64,000 nucleotides of DNA. It comes from Felis catus. Its lineage: Eukaryota. The notes under the pieces are model-generated. The model was not told the origin of the DNA. It searched no databases and was given only the letters and a program-made list of their open reading frames with translations. Of the stretch, positions 11,201 through 24,671 are shown one piece after another. The position numbers and the translations under genes were made by a program. The first letter of the stretch is position 1. Each line of letters starts with the position of its first letter. The DNA is taken from the NCBI RefSeq assembly GCF_018350175.1, contig NC_058368.1, forward strand, positions 197,224,001 to 197,288,000. The letters run 5' to 3'.

Positions 11201-13260
11201 CCCTTCCCCCGAGGGGCTTAGAAACGTGGGAAATGAGATTTCCCCCTGAGGGTTGAGTTATGAAATCAACACCTAATGAGAAGAGCAGAAAGAGGCAAAG
11301 CCTCTTCCAGGAGATCGAATGGCTCTCAGGGCCACCAGAACTGCCGAGTGTATTGATCCAGCTATAAAGCAAGGGTGGCCAGCCAGGAAGGGGCTGGCCA
11401 GCAATCAAAGGAAGGCCATTAGGGAGTCCATTCGCACCCTACGACCACCCCCCTTGCTCTGAGTGTTCAGAGTGATCGTCTGAGAGTTTGGCTTTCTATG
11501 CAGTTGGCCTTTGGGAGAGACGCAGCTGGTCAGGAGAATGAGAACTAGTACAACGGAGAATCGCAGCTCCTGTTTCCATTAATAAACAGGCACTCTGATT
11601 TTATACGTAGGTTTCCTGTGGACTTGGTTACCACGAATGAGCTTTCTCAAGCACGGTCAGCGGTGTGGAAACCAAGGAGATGGAATTCGGAGCCTGTAAT
11701 CGTGAGGACCTGGCCTGGTCTGGGTGACACTACCCCAGCAAACACGACCTCCTCGTTAACAGGGGAAGTTGCATTGCAAGAGAAGCCAGGTTAAAGATAG
11801 GAGGGACTTCCAGGCACGTGGCAGAACTATTTCGCAAGTGTTCGTTCACCTTGCAGGCTTCCAGGGCCAGGATGAGTGAGGAGGAGGACAGCCCCAGATG
11901 TCCCAGCATTAGGGCGACAGTGCAGCACAGTGGGAGATGTAGTTGGTCTGGGAGCTGGACCATCTGGGCTCTGGTTTTGTCACCGCCACTAACTCTGTGG
12001 GTGACCATGAACTTGGTCTCTGTTCACATGGATGCAAAATGAAGAAGCCGGATTAAAAAGGGACCCGAGCTTTTCTTCTGACACTGACTGACAGGCTGTG
12101 AGTCTAGAAGGAGAACTTCCTCAAGGGCTTACCAGGTGCCAAAACATTTTAAACTCAGTGCGAGGTAGAGCCTCTGGAGACCACGCCTGCAGAGAGGCTG
12201 GAGGGAGTGGTGGGGGTGGGTTGGGGGAGGGTTCACCTGCCACCGGGGCTTGGTGAAAATTCATCACATCAAACAATGCCTCGAGAGCAGGCGAGGCCAG
12301 AGTACAGGCCGTTCTGGGGTGTGCAGGTGGCGGATCAATTGACTTCATGGCTGTGGAATTAGTTAGTTCATGGCCTAGGACCTCATGGGAATCAGTTCCT
12401 GTTTTTCCTTCTTTTCTCTCCTTTGTTTCCCCAGCCAGCTCCACCCTCACAGCCACCTCTCCCAGTGGACAAAACCAGGAGGCCATCAGAAAACTTGGAA
12501 CAATCAGTTCCTCTATTTCCCCCAAGGAGCTGAAGGAGGAAGTTTTTGGTAGAAAGGACGTAAAGGTTGATAAGGATCTCAGGGGGGTTCCTGGAAATCC
12601 AGTGGGGAACGCGGGGACGGAAGACAAGTTGGACGGCACCGACAGATGCATCTGAGGTTGAACAGAGCCCAACGTTCAAATAACAGGAAAGGCCTTGGAG
12701 AGGGTCTGCAGTATGGAACTGATGTGGAATGAACACACCTGGGGCAGTCGTTATTCTGTGAATCAAAAAAATCAAAAAGTCTACTATTAAAAAAAAAAAA
12801 AGCAGATCATTTGGTTTGACAGTGGGACAGGATATGAAAACTTGGCACTGCTTTGAGAAAATCCGGAACGAACGTCCACTATAAATATAATGCCTAGAAA
12901 GAGGCCTGGCATACAGTCACAGCACGTTTGTACTGCTCTGTGGGTCACTGGACCTTTCTTCCGTATTTCTGTTCTACCGCTCAGGGGCTGTGTGGCTTTG
13001 AAAAAGTTACCCCACCTCTCTGGGCTCCGTTGCTTCATTTGTGAAATGAAGGGGCTATGCGGTAACTGAGAACACACCCCAGATCCGAGAGCCCAGGATT
13101 CTGTCATATGATTCCACTGATTTTCAACTTTTCAAATGAGACTGAGTTTTACGGAATTTCAAAACCAAAGTGTTATTAGCAGGGCCACCGAGGGCGATCT
13201 AAATATTTAAATTGCGAAATATATTATACATACAGAAGACAGTCAATATCCACGTACAGT

Positions 13261-13308
13261 TTATTTTTTTAATTATTATTATTTTGCTAGTGTTTATTTA
13301 TTTTTGAC

Positions 13309-13340
<32 letters not shown>

Positions 13341-13507
13341 CATGAGAGGGGGAGGGGCAGAGAGAGAGGGAGACACAGAATGCAAAGCAGGCTCCAGGCT
13401 CCAACCTGTCATCACAGAGCCCGACGCGGGGCTCGAACTCACGGACCACGAGATCATGACCTGAGCCCAAGTCGGACGCTCAACCGACTGAGCCGCCCAG
13501 GCGCCCC
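13261..13507 (-). mobile_element. Can-SINE
   Basis: Head, (GA)n tract and T tail on the plus strand. Confidence 0.94.
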
Positions 13508-14147
13508 AACGTACAATGTAAAGGAGAAGAATAAAATACACTCCCAGGTAGCCGCTACCACTGGTAGAACACTACCAGTGCGTTGGAAGACCGTTTGCAC
13601 CTCCTAGAAGCATCCCCTTCCCATGTGGTCCCTAATTTGTGCGTTTGTCCTCCCCTTGCTTTTCTTTCCGCTTTTACCACCTCTGGTGTATCCACAAATA
13701 ACGCGTTATTTAGTTCTGCCTTTTTGGAACTTTATATTGATGGAACCATACGGCATTTATTCTTCTGTGCTTGCGTCATACTTGGAGGATTATGTTTTTG
13801 AGATTCATCCACATCCATGCACGTAACTGCAGTTTTCATTCTCACTGCTGTGCTGTATCCCTTTGTCCACATCATAATTGATCTACTTTACTGTTGAAGG
13901 ACATTTGAGCTCCTTGCAGTTTTGTTTTGTTTTGAAATGTTGCTTTGAAAATTCCTGTATTTGCAAGGTGATGCCTTACTGTTTTCCAAAGAGTTTATCC
14001 CATTTACATTCCCACCAGCAGTTTCCACTGATGGATATCGTCACTGAAAGCTGATAATGGGCAGTCAACATGGTAGCTACAAAATGACATCTTATTGTGA
14101 TTTTAAATTTCCTCTCCCTGATTATTAACCAAACTGGGAATCTTATG

Positions 14148-14363
14148 CTTTTTTAAAAAAAAATTTTATGTATTTATTTTGAGAGAGAGAGAATGAGTGA
14201 CAGGGGGAGGGGCAGAGAGGGAGGGGAGAGAGAAAATCCGGAGCAGGCTCCTCCCTGTCAGCGCAGAGTCCGATGCAGGGCTCGAACTCATGAACCGTGA
14301 GGTTATGACCTGAGCTGAAATCAAGGGTCAGACGCTTGACTGACTGAGTCACCCAGGTGCCCC
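14148..14363 (-). mobile_element. Can-SINE
   Basis: TSD gaatcttat on both sides. Confidence 0.92.
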
Positions 14364-15651
14364 AAGAATCTTATTACATGTTTCTGGGCCATCTGTGTTT
14401 TCAAGGTTCATCCACGTAGGAGTACGTATCAGTATTTCATTCCTTCGTATTGCTGAATGATATTGCACTACATTTTATTTACCCATTCATTGGTTGCTGG
14501 ATATTTGAATTGTTTCCAATTTTTGACTTTGTGAATAACACTGCTATGAACTTTCACGCACAAGTCTTTGTGTGGGCATAGATTTCTCTTTAGCATATGT
14601 CTTCTGAATTTGACCTTGTTGAGTCATATGGTAACTCTACATTAAACCCCTAGAGACACCGCAAGACTTTTCCACAGCAGCTACACATTTTGCATTCCCG
14701 CCAGCAATGGATGAGGGTTCTGATTTCTCCGCATTCTTGCCAACGCTTGTATTGTCTGTCTTTTTGACTATGGCCATCCTAGCGGGTGCGATGTGTGTCT
14801 CCTTGTGCTTTGATGTGCCTTTCTCAGATGACTAATGACATTGAGCATTTTCCCACGAGTTTATTGGACGTTTATAGAACTTCTTTGGAGAAACCTGTAT
14901 TCGGATCCTTCGCCCATCTTGAACTCAGATTGTCTTTTTCTTAGTAAGTTGTAAGAATCCCTTATATAGTTTAGATACAAGTCCTTTACCAGATGGAAGA
15001 TTCACAAATTTCCTCTCCCATTTAGCGGGCTGACTTTTTGCATGGTTGATGGTATATTTTGAAGCACAAAAGTGTTTCATTTTGATGACCTCTAACTCAT
15101 CCGTTTTGATGACATCGAACTCATCATCACAGCCAAGAAGGCTTTGCTTAACTCAGGGTTGCAAAGACTTACTCTTATATTTTCTCCTAAGGGTTTTATA
15201 GTCTTAGCTCTTACATATAGGTTTTTGACTTATTTTGGGCTAATTTTTGGGTATGGTGTGAGGAGGGGGGGGGTCTATCTTCATTTTTTTTTTTTTTTTT
15301 GCATATGTGTATCTAGTTTTCCTACCATCATTTGTTGCAGACTGTTCTTCCCCTATAGAATTGTCCTGATAGCCTTGTTGAAAATCAGGTGACCTTAAAT
15401 CTCATGGCTTATTTCTGCTCTCTCAGTTCTATTGATCTATATGTCTATCCATGTGCTAATACCACAATGTCTTGTTTTTTGTTGCTTTGTAGTAAGTTTT
15501 ACAAGTGGGAAGTTTGAGTCGTCCAGCTTTGTTCCTCTTTTTTAGGCTTGCTTTGGCTATTCTACATCCCCTACGGTTCCATATGAATTTTACAATCAGC
15601 TTGTCAATTTCTTTAAAGAAGCCAGCCGGGATTTCTATGGGGACTGCATTT

Positions 15652-16016
15652 GTTATGAATTGAATAGTGTCCTCCCCCCAATTTATCTTTTGAAGCCCTA
15701 ACTCCCAGTGGGTAGGGGGTATTGAGGAGATAATTAGGTTTAGGTGAGATCATGAGGGTGGGACCCTCATTATGAGATTAGTGTTGTTATTAGAAGAGAC
15801 ACCAGCAAGCTTTCCTTCTCTTTTTCCGACATGTGAGGACACGGTAAGAAGGTGGCTGTCTGCAGTCCAAGAAGGGAGCTCCGACCACCACCCAACATGT
15901 TGGCACCTTGATATTGGACTTCCAGCCTCTGGAACAGTGAGACAACAAACTTGTGTTGGTTAAGCCACTCAATCTATGGTATTTTGTTGGGGATAAATAC
16001 TAAGTAAGCTAAGATA
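15652..16016 (+). mobile_element. MaLR solo LTR (MLT1/MST-like) inserted in L1
   Basis: tgttatgaattgaat...ggcaccttgatattggacttccagcctc...ttaagccactcaatctatggtattttgtt...gctaagata, flanked by gcat. Confidence 0.85.
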
Positions 16017-17140
16017 GCATCAAATCTATAGATCAATCTGAAGAACACTGCCATCTTAACAATATTAAGACCTCAGACCCATGAACACGAGATTCCATTT
16101 ATTTAGATCTTTTTAAATATTTTGTAACTGTCAGAGTATAAATTTTGTACTTTTGTTCAAGTTATTCCTACATATTTTATTTTTGATACGATTGTCACTG
16201 GCATTGCTTTCTCAATTTCATTTTCAGACTGTCCATTGCAAGTGTATAGACAGAGAATTGATTTTGGTACACTGATCTTTCACCCTGCAACCTTGCTGAA
16301 CTCATTTATTTCCAATGGTTTTTTAGTGCATATATTAAGATCATGCCACGTGCATAGAGAAGTAATCTTACCTTTTCTTTTTCAATCTGGATGTCTTTCG
16401 TTTCACTTTCTTGTATAGCTGACCCAATACGAACCTACAGTACAATGCTGAATGGGAGTAGTGAGAGCAAACATCCTGTTCCTACTTTTGATTTTACAGG
16501 CAGGCAAGCAGTCTTTCACCATTAAGTATGACGTTGGTTATGGGTTTGCCTTTGTTCTTGAAAGACACTTTGGCCGAATACCTAATTCTGCATTTATAGT
16601 TATTTCTTTCAGTACAGACAGGTATTATTTCACTGTTCTCTGGTTTCCTTGTTGCTAACACGCCAGCTGTCAGTCTGCTTACCATTCACGTGCAGATGAT
16701 CTATTTCTTCTCTTGGATGTTTTTAAGATCGTCTTCTGCCTTTGGTAATCTGCAGTTCATTCTGATGATGTAAGTATTTTCTATTTTTCTAGCGGGATTT
16801 CTTAAGTTTCTGGATCCAAGGATTTGTATCTTTGAACAGTTCTGGAAACTTCAGAGCTGTCATGTCTCCAAATACTGTCTTCCCACTCATGTGTTCTGTT
16901 ACATACCTCTAGAGCTCTGATTGGATGTATGTCAAACCTCTTCACTATTTTCTCCGTGTATGAACTTCTCTTTTATTTTTACTACCTTCTTATATTTCTG
17001 GGCTATATGGATATACCTTTTTCTTGGCTAAATCTTGCAGCTTATTAAATTCTCTCCAGCAACACCTAATCTGCTACATAATCCATACATTGACTTTCTA
17101 ATTTCAAATATTACATATTTTTATTTTGAAGTTTTGTGTC

Positions 17141-17371
17141 TTTTTTTATTTTTTATTTATTTATTTTTTCAACGTTTATTTTTTTGGGGACAGAGAGAGA
17201 CAGAGCATGAACGGGGGAGGGGCAGAGAGAGAGGGAGACACAGAATCGGAAACAGGCTCCAGGCTCTGAGCCATCAGCCCAGAGCCTGACGCGGGGCTCG
17301 AACTCACGGGCCACGAGATCGTGACCTGGCTGAAGTCGGACGCTTAACCGAGTGCGCCACCCAGGAGCCCC
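17141..17371 (-). mobile_element. Can-SINE, young felid subfamily
   Basis: Diagnostic ccatcagccc and cctggctgaagtcgg; TSD tgtgtcttttttt. Confidence 0.95.
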
Positions 17372-17703
17372 ATGTGTCTTTTTTTAAATCTGTTGTGCTA
17401 TTGGTTACAATGTGTTGTTTCTTGCTCATTTTTTATGGCCCTTCTCCCCTACTTAAATGTATTTGAATCTAGTCAATATAATGTCAGAAAATACCAATTT
17501 ATGAAGTCTTTAAGGTCCTGATTCTTCTTTACATTGCTTTTGCTGGTAGTTATGCCATTATGATTGGAATGAGTTACTCATTTTGCTAATAATGTTATCT
17601 GAGGGAGTTTTTTGAGGTCTGGAGTAAAGCTGAGTTCCTCCAAAGAGGACTGTCATTTGCTTCTGCCATTTACCAAATGTAGGATCACTTTCTTTTAAAT
17701 TCT

Positions 17704-17956
17704 GGGAGTGCCTGGGTGGCTCAGTCGGTTAAGCCTTTGACTTCAGCTCAGGTCATGATCTTGCTGTTCCTGAGTTCAAGCCCCGCATCAGGCTCTGTGC
17801 TGACAGCTCGGAGCCTGAAGCCAGTTTCAGATTCTGTGTCTTCCTCTCTCTCTCTCTCTTTCTCTCTGCCCTTCCCATGCTTCTCTCTCTCTCTCTTTCT
17901 TTCTCTCTCTCTCTCTCTCTCTCTCTCAAAAACAAACATTAAAAAAATTAAAAAAG
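17704..17956 (+). mobile_element. Can-SINE
   Basis: gggagtgcctgggtggctcag head, long CT tract, A tail. Confidence 0.93.
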
Positions 17957-18606
17957 AATTTAAATGACGTTACACTTTTTAAAAATTTATGCCAGATATA
18001 TAGCATGAATATAGCACATGAATTCATGTTAAAGGTGGATTGTGGACAGACATTTTGATAAAAGCTTTATTCTCTACCCAGTGCCAAAGTTGGTACAGAC
18101 AAGTTTCGTTGCTGTCTCCTTCTCCACTTTATTTCTCATCCATCCATACAATGAGAGTAAGATTTTCATAGGGGAAAATCTCAGCTTTACTCAGAGGTCT
18201 CCTGTTAGATTTCTACTCAGACCAGGCTCTAACCTCTACCTGTCCATGATCCGTACAGCCATCGAGGCAAGAGCTCAAGGTCTCCGAGGTTTAGGGGATT
18301 AAATATGGCTTTGGAAGTCACACCAGGACTTCTGCTTTTATTTTTGTTTTTCACCTCTGCAGGTTCTTTCTTTTCTTGTCAACACAGTAGGGCATGGTAA
18401 AAGAGTTGTAAGAAAAATTCACAGAGATTTTAACTTTTTCAAATGAGGCTATTTAGGGTAACTAGTCTCTATAACTGGTTACTGCTGGAAACAAAAATCC
18501 TCTCATTTGTTTCACTTCTAAGCAAGCTGACATTGAAAACAGTCAGAAAAGTAAATCTATTTTTTTTCTTCAAAATCTCCACAAAAGGAGATTCCACAAC
18601 CGCCCT

Positions 18607-19058
18607 GTGGTGGATTGTCAAAATGGCCAAATTCTTCCTTTCTCTGCCTTCATGCTCTTGACATCTGCAAATCCTCCCACAAAAGGCAAAGCTTATCTCC
18701 CTACAATCTTGAATCTGGGTTGGCCATTTGTCCAATGGGACATTAGCAAGCAGGATGCATGCCGAGGCTCAAACGGGTCTCGCTTATTGAAGCTTGCTCT
18801 CCTGTCCTTGGAACTCTGAGACCACCATGCAGAGGAGTCCAGGCCAGGCTGCTGGAGGGCGAGAAGCCATCTGCAGGCACCCAGCTCAGCAGCCTGGCAA
18901 CCACTGCCAGCTGACCCACCGATATCATGAGGCGAGCGGAGATACGGAGGGCCAGCGCAGACTGGAAGAACGGCCCCGCCAACCCAGCGAATCACGAGCT
19001 AAATAAAAAATTATTTTACACTGGTAAATTTCGGTGTAAGCAAAAGGTAACTAATATA
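18607..19058 (+). mobile_element. MaLR LTR (MLT1 family)
   Basis: tgtggtggattgtcaaaatggcc...cttgaatctgggttggcc...aacccagcgaatcacgagctaaataaa...taactaatata. Confidence 0.7.
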
Positions 19059-19479
19059 CTTGCTTAAGAATACAACTGCACCGTGCTAGCTCAAACCTCC
19101 CGAGAACAATTTTATTGTCTGCACCCTCTGTCCTGCCTCGGTTTCTAGGGGATGTAACAACGGTCACTCACCAAGACACTTTGGCAGGTCAGCTTGCACT
19201 AAAGGGACTTGCCAATTCACACTATAGAATTTAAGCCACGTCAGTTAAAATATACTCCATGTAAGCTTCCGTACAAAAAACTAGGGCATGTGAGTATGTT
19301 TATTCGCTGAGTTTATTTGCTCAGTGCGGCGTGTAGTTAGGTCCTGAGGAAGAGATCCAGAGTTTTTCTCGATGGCAGGGGAAGTCAATCTCAGACACAC
19401 GAGACTGAGGTTGGAAGCAGTTACTAAAACGAAAAAATCCGAGGTTTCGTTTGGCCTCAAATTCAGTCTATGTCAATGG

Positions 19480-19900
19480 TGTGAAGTGGGTCCTCAGGAG
19501 GTCAATTCGACATCAGTCATATTCACAGAAATGTTGCCCTTGCCGTAGCTGGCGGACCTTGAGAGCCGTGGTCCGTCCTGGGCGCTATGTTTTCAGAATG
19601 ATACTGACAAACCGGAATGGACCAAGGAGGAAGACTCCACGATGATGATACAAGTTGGAATTTAAGGGTCCATAGGATCAATTTAAGGATCTATAATCAG
19701 GCACGGGGAGCCCTAGCTGCTACAAGCGTGTGAATAGCAGTCACGGTTGTAAGGCAAACACGAAGCGCTCATCGGACTTCATAAGGGCGGATCTAGAACC
19801 AACAGGTGCCACGTTAACTCTTTGGGGCCGAACATTTTATAACCCACAGGGCCGTCCAACCTCAGAATGGCTGCGCTGTGGAACAGGAAGCCTGGATGAG
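19480..19900 (+). mobile_element. CR1/L3 3' relic
   Basis: ccttgagagccgtggtccgtcctgggcgctatgttttcagaatgatactgacaaaccggaatggaccaaggagg resembles CR1 LEYCVQFWAP-FKKD-DKLE-VQRR. Confidence 0.5.
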
Positions 19901-20559
19901 GCGTTCAAGAAGTGGGGGCTGGGGAGGCATCTGTCAGGGACGGAGGGGAAGGGAGTGTTGCCCTGCTTGGGCCAGATGCGTCTCTGGGCTCTGTCAGCAG
20001 AGTTTCTCTTCCTTCCTCCTGCTGGTTATCCTGCTTCTTTAGGAACTGATGGCTCCTAAGGGTTCAGAGGTAACCCAACATCCGTCTGCCCCCAAACTAC
20101 CGACCTTAGTGAAGTCATAATGGACCTTCTCCTCTGTTAAACTTAACCTTTGAGGATTGCCACATTGTTACAGAACAGGTGCTCGACTCAGCGCCATGCT
20201 GACTTTCAGCCAGGACTGCTTACTCTTTCATTCACTCTCAGATTGATTTATAGGCACAAGACAGGATTCTTTCCAGATCTGTAAGTTAAGCTTGCGGGAT
20301 TGCCTTTTTCCTTCCGGGTCAGCGCTACCACTTTGAGGTCACCAGCTTCCCTCTCTCCCCAACGTCCCGACTCTTCTGTCTCCTCTTCACTCCACGCTGC
20401 CTATGGGAGAGTTCTCATAACAGGAGCAAGGCAAGTTTCTTTGGGCCCGTATAGGTATCTCAGCAGCCTGTGTTCGCTCTGCCCGCCCCTGTGGCATGTC
20501 CTGGGGGTGACCCCAGGGCCTGCAATCTGACAAGGGCATTGGGAGTCTGGGTCTCTTAC

Positions 20560-20697
20560 CTTGACAGGTGAAGCATCTGATGTGGAAGTGGTTATTGTGG
20601 ACACGAACCACTTCCCCTTTGCAGGTGTCTCCACATCGGTAGCACTGGATGACATTGGAGCTGCCTCGGGGATTGTAAGGATTCTGCTGATAAGGAA
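20560..20697 (-). CDS. ABLIM3: ABLIM3 exon 3 (138 nt; IPYQQ...HIRCFTCQ), first part of LIM1
   Basis: Acceptor tttctttctacAG, donor G|GTAAGA, phase 1-1. Confidence 0.97.
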
Positions 20698-21959
20698 CTG
20701 TAGAAAGAAACAAAGAGATCACCATCCAGAAGGCCCTTGCTCTTTAAAAACTCTGCTAGAAGACACTGTCCTAATCCTAACTGGGAGAAAAAGCAGAAAG
20801 GGAAGTAATTAGCTGAGTACCTTCAATACATCACCAGGGCTGCACCTGCCAAGCTCGGGCATCATGCGAAGGTGGGTGGCATTGAGACGTGAGTCCATAA
20901 ATCTCCTTAAACAGGCAGAGACTTAAGAGTGAGCATAACCTTTCCTCGCAATAACAGTGGCCAAATTCGTGGGGAAAAAAAAAAAGTAAAAGAGGAAGTA
21001 GAGTACTTCAAGAAATAACATTTCTTTGGCGATTTCTGGATCAAAACCAGGCCCCGAACTTCTCAAAGAGAATTTGGGTCCTGCAATTGACACGGGTCTC
21101 CAAGAAATGGATGACTGACCCTGCCTCCAATCGGCCTTTGAGTTAAGCAAGTGACACCCTCTCACTGGGCCTCTTGTTTTGACATCTGTAAAATGAGGGT
21201 AGCCAGTGGTAGCACAGACTTTGTGTAACAAAGAGGCATAAAGGGGAGGACTGTAGTTTGGAAGGAGGTTGATGAGGGGACGCCTCTTAAGGCTGCCTTT
21301 GAGAGCAGTTTCCGTAACATTGAGAAAACATCAGAAGTATCTAATGAAGAAAAAGGATCTGGCAGAGAGGACGAAGGGGCTGAAGTCCCTGGAGGCTGGG
21401 CATTTAACAATACTGCAGAGCTCTGCTAGCCTCTGGGTCTATTGTTCTCTTGCTCAGACGTTCTCATGGCCACTTTTCTAGATCTCCCGTCCCTGAGATA
21501 TACTTTGCTTAACCGTTCTAAAATCTGGTCATCTGATTAGAATAATTGTGTTTGTTTGTTTATTCTAAGCACCTGCTTCATCCAGGCTTGGAAGGGATAT
21601 TGACAGCTCTCTGGTCCACTCATTATGTATACGCTGTTGACATAGCTTTGCCAATGAGGAGTCAAATCTCTCTTGTAGAAAGCCCCTAGGGGGACTGGGA
21701 GAGAATTCCTCAATTCTCAAACTTGAAGCAACAGTCTAAAATCTTTTGCTCATATCCTATTAGGAGAAGGCTCACTCTTGTCCTGGCTATGAAGATGACC
21801 ACCTGATTGGAGGGGAATTGATGTCTATCATTGAGACATATCGATTTATTGCCTACAATTTGAACAAGCGTATTATAAGTCACGCAAACCTTGCACTGAA
21901 AAGGGACTTAGAGATCACTTGATTCAGGGCTTCCTGACCTAGGGCCGTAGTTGTTAATG

Positions 21960-22265
21960 GCTGTTGGCTGAAATTTGAATCTTTTATTCTAGGCACATGA
22001 AGGGTGGCGCGTGCTGTCTTGCTTGGCAATGAAATGTGAATGGGAAGTGTGTGTGTCACTTTCAATCGGAAGCCCTATGAGCCAGTTGGTGCCTTTTCCA
22101 TAGCCCAGCAACCAGTGAAACCCCAGGTGGTGTGCAGGATGCATCAGCTTGGGTTCCTGACTGGGGAGTCATGGAGCAGAGCGCCAAGGCTAACCCAGGA
22201 TGAACATCTATTGTGAGCAAGGAGGAATTTTGTTGTCATTGCCTTGTTACTGCAGCATATCCTGA
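21960..22265 (+). mobile_element. Old MaLR LTR fragment (MLT1)
   Basis: cttggcaatgaaatgtgaatgggaagtg...atggagcagagc...ttgttactgcagcatatcctgac. Confidence 0.6.
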
Positions 22266-24067
22266 CGGAGGCACCTGGGGTCTAGTATTTCTAATTAAAT
22301 ATAAAATTTGGTGTTAGGTACATTATCCCACAGCTTTCTCCAGATTCTCAAAGATGATCTTTGTAACTGATCTCATCTGCTTCCTCCTTTTGAAGATAAG
22401 AAACAGGAAAGTGGGACTTTCAACTATCGTTCACTTACAGGTACCCTGAACTCCCGGTGCACCTTAGGGCAAAAAGCTGGTGGCTGAGCCCTGAAAGTGT
22501 TGCCTCGGACAGGTTTGCCATCTGAGGCAGGAGAATATCCTTTTCCCAATCTTTTTCTCGAGTTCATGCTCCTTATCCAACTTGTCTCCCGTCTTAAACT
22601 TAAGACAAAAGTTAAGTTAGTTAACTAAATCATTAATTAACTCATTAAACCGGTTAATACATGTAAAGCATTTCAAAAAGCACATGAAGTGCTCCACAAA
22701 TGTTCACCGGTACCATGATCATCACATCCTCCCCACAGCTCAGAGCAATCCTTTCCCACCCCCAGAATGTCCATATGCATTCATCCTGTTTCCTTTTCTT
22801 CTTTCTCTGATCCTTGTTCACCATCCCTGGAAAATATCCCACTCTCCCCTCTCCCACCAATCTGTGGGGGAAAAAAGCCACGTAGATTCTATTTACTTGA
22901 GCACTGAAGTGATCCACCACTGCCGAGGGAAACAAATCTATGAGTCTGAAAATCAAGTAAGTACCAACAGGATAATCATCACCAATAGGGATGAGAGGTC
23001 TCAAAAGTATCCCAAAGTCCCTCCAGATGCTCTGTACTGATTTTCACCTACCTCTTCTAATTTAACCTGCCTTCCTGCTCAAGAACCAACTTCTAAGATC
23101 AATTAGATTTTCCCCGATTTGATTTTCTAGGAAAATTTATTTGTGATCATGGTCCTCAGTCAAAACTCAGTCTTTGAACCACTCAGATAAAAAGGCGTAA
23201 AATCACAGTGATGGGACAGATTGAGAAAATGGGTTTTCTGGGGGGGGGGGCAGAGTTGCTGATGGGCTCCCCCCGCCCTAACCCTGCTGCTTCCCTCAGG
23301 ATGAGGGTGCCGCTTTGGTGAGGCTGACAGGCTGGAAACCTACAAATGTCTGATGTTTGTAAATAATCCCATAAATAGAAATGCAGGCATCGCGGGTGTG
23401 AGTTCTTCCAGATTGCTGATGTAAATAAACTGTGATTATAAAAGGGCAGCGGTGTAGCAAGATTTGATCTTCGAGATGTGTGAAGATCTTTCCTTATCTA
23501 GATAGTGCCAACAGGAACTCTAGGGGTCAAGGAGGCTATGCTGACATATGCCATATCTGCTCCTGCCCGGAAAGCATCCTCGGGTGATTACATCCACAAC
23601 GTAATCCGACCTGATTCTGTGCACGTAGGTGTGTATGGAGGGGTCATTTCTTCCCACCAATCTACAGCCCTCCAAAAAAAAAAACAAAACAAAACCACAT
23701 TAAAATTTTATTGTTGATTTTCTGCTGGGTATCATTTCCACTAATTTTCATCTCAGAAAGTACTACAAAATCAGTCATGTGACTTAAAACATTTGTCTTA
23801 TGGGCAAATGTCCCTTGAATTCCAAATTGACTTTTACCTGAATTTTTGAACTGCCTATCCCTGGGAGCAACATTTTACAGCGACCATGAGCCTCAAAGGA
23901 CATTAACTCTGCTCACTGGTGGAATAATCCATGAAGTTACCGGTTTAGACATATGGATCATGTAATTTGTTTCTCAAATGCGTGCACGGAATCTCTGGCT
24001 TCTGTTTAATGTTATTTGGCCAATAAAGGGCACCTAGGAGAGGCATTCTCCCTTCCTAGTCTGTAAG

Positions 24068-24280
24068 CAGTGTTGTCCAGTAGATTTCTGAGTATGGAAC
24101 TGTTCTGCATTTACATCGTCCAATGTAATAACTACTAGCCATATGTGGCTATTGGGCACTTGAAATGTGGCTACCATGACGGAGGTATTGAATTTTTAAT
24201 TTTATTTCTTTTTAATTAATACAAATTTACATTTAAATAGCCACATGTGGCTAGCGGCACCATTATTGGACATTACAGCT
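24068..24280. mobile_element. MER3-type DNA transposon
   Basis: cagtgttgtccagtag...ctagccatatgtggctattgggcacttgaaatgtggcta...aaatagccacatgtggctagcgg...ttggacatt. Confidence 0.8.
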
Positions 24281-24444
24281 TTATAGATCCACAAACGGAC
24301 ACCAGGCAATGAGGATGGGGGTGGGGGAGGGGGGTCGGAAAGAAATTAAATCTAGTTGAATCTTATTTATATAAAAATAACACGTACCAATTAGTTCAGG
24401 AATACCGCCTCAGACTTAAATTATTCCTTTTCACCCTTGAAGAG

Positions 24445-24671
24445 TTTTTTTTTTTTTAATTTTTTTTTCAACGTTTATTTATTTTTGGGACAGAGAGAGA
24501 CAGAGCATGAACAGGCAAGGGGCAGAGAGAGAGGGAGACACAGAATCGGAAACAGGCTCCAGGCTCTAAGCCATCAGCCCAGAGCCCGACGCGGGGCTCG
24601 AACTCACAGACTGCGAGATCATGACCTGGCTGAAGTCGGACGCTTAACCGACTGCGCCACCCAGGCGCCCC
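24445..24671 (-). mobile_element. Can-SINE, young felid subfamily
   Basis: TSD tgaagagtttt; diagnostic ccatcagccc. Confidence 0.95.

Larger units (their letters stand above)
13200..17700 (-). mobile_element. Composite old L1 (L1M-type) region with nested SINEs and an LTR
   Basis: Continuous antisense L1 ORF2/3'UTR motifs (cattcccaccagca, ttgttgaaaatcaggtgacc, tctttcaccattaagtatga); many disablements. Confidence 0.85.
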
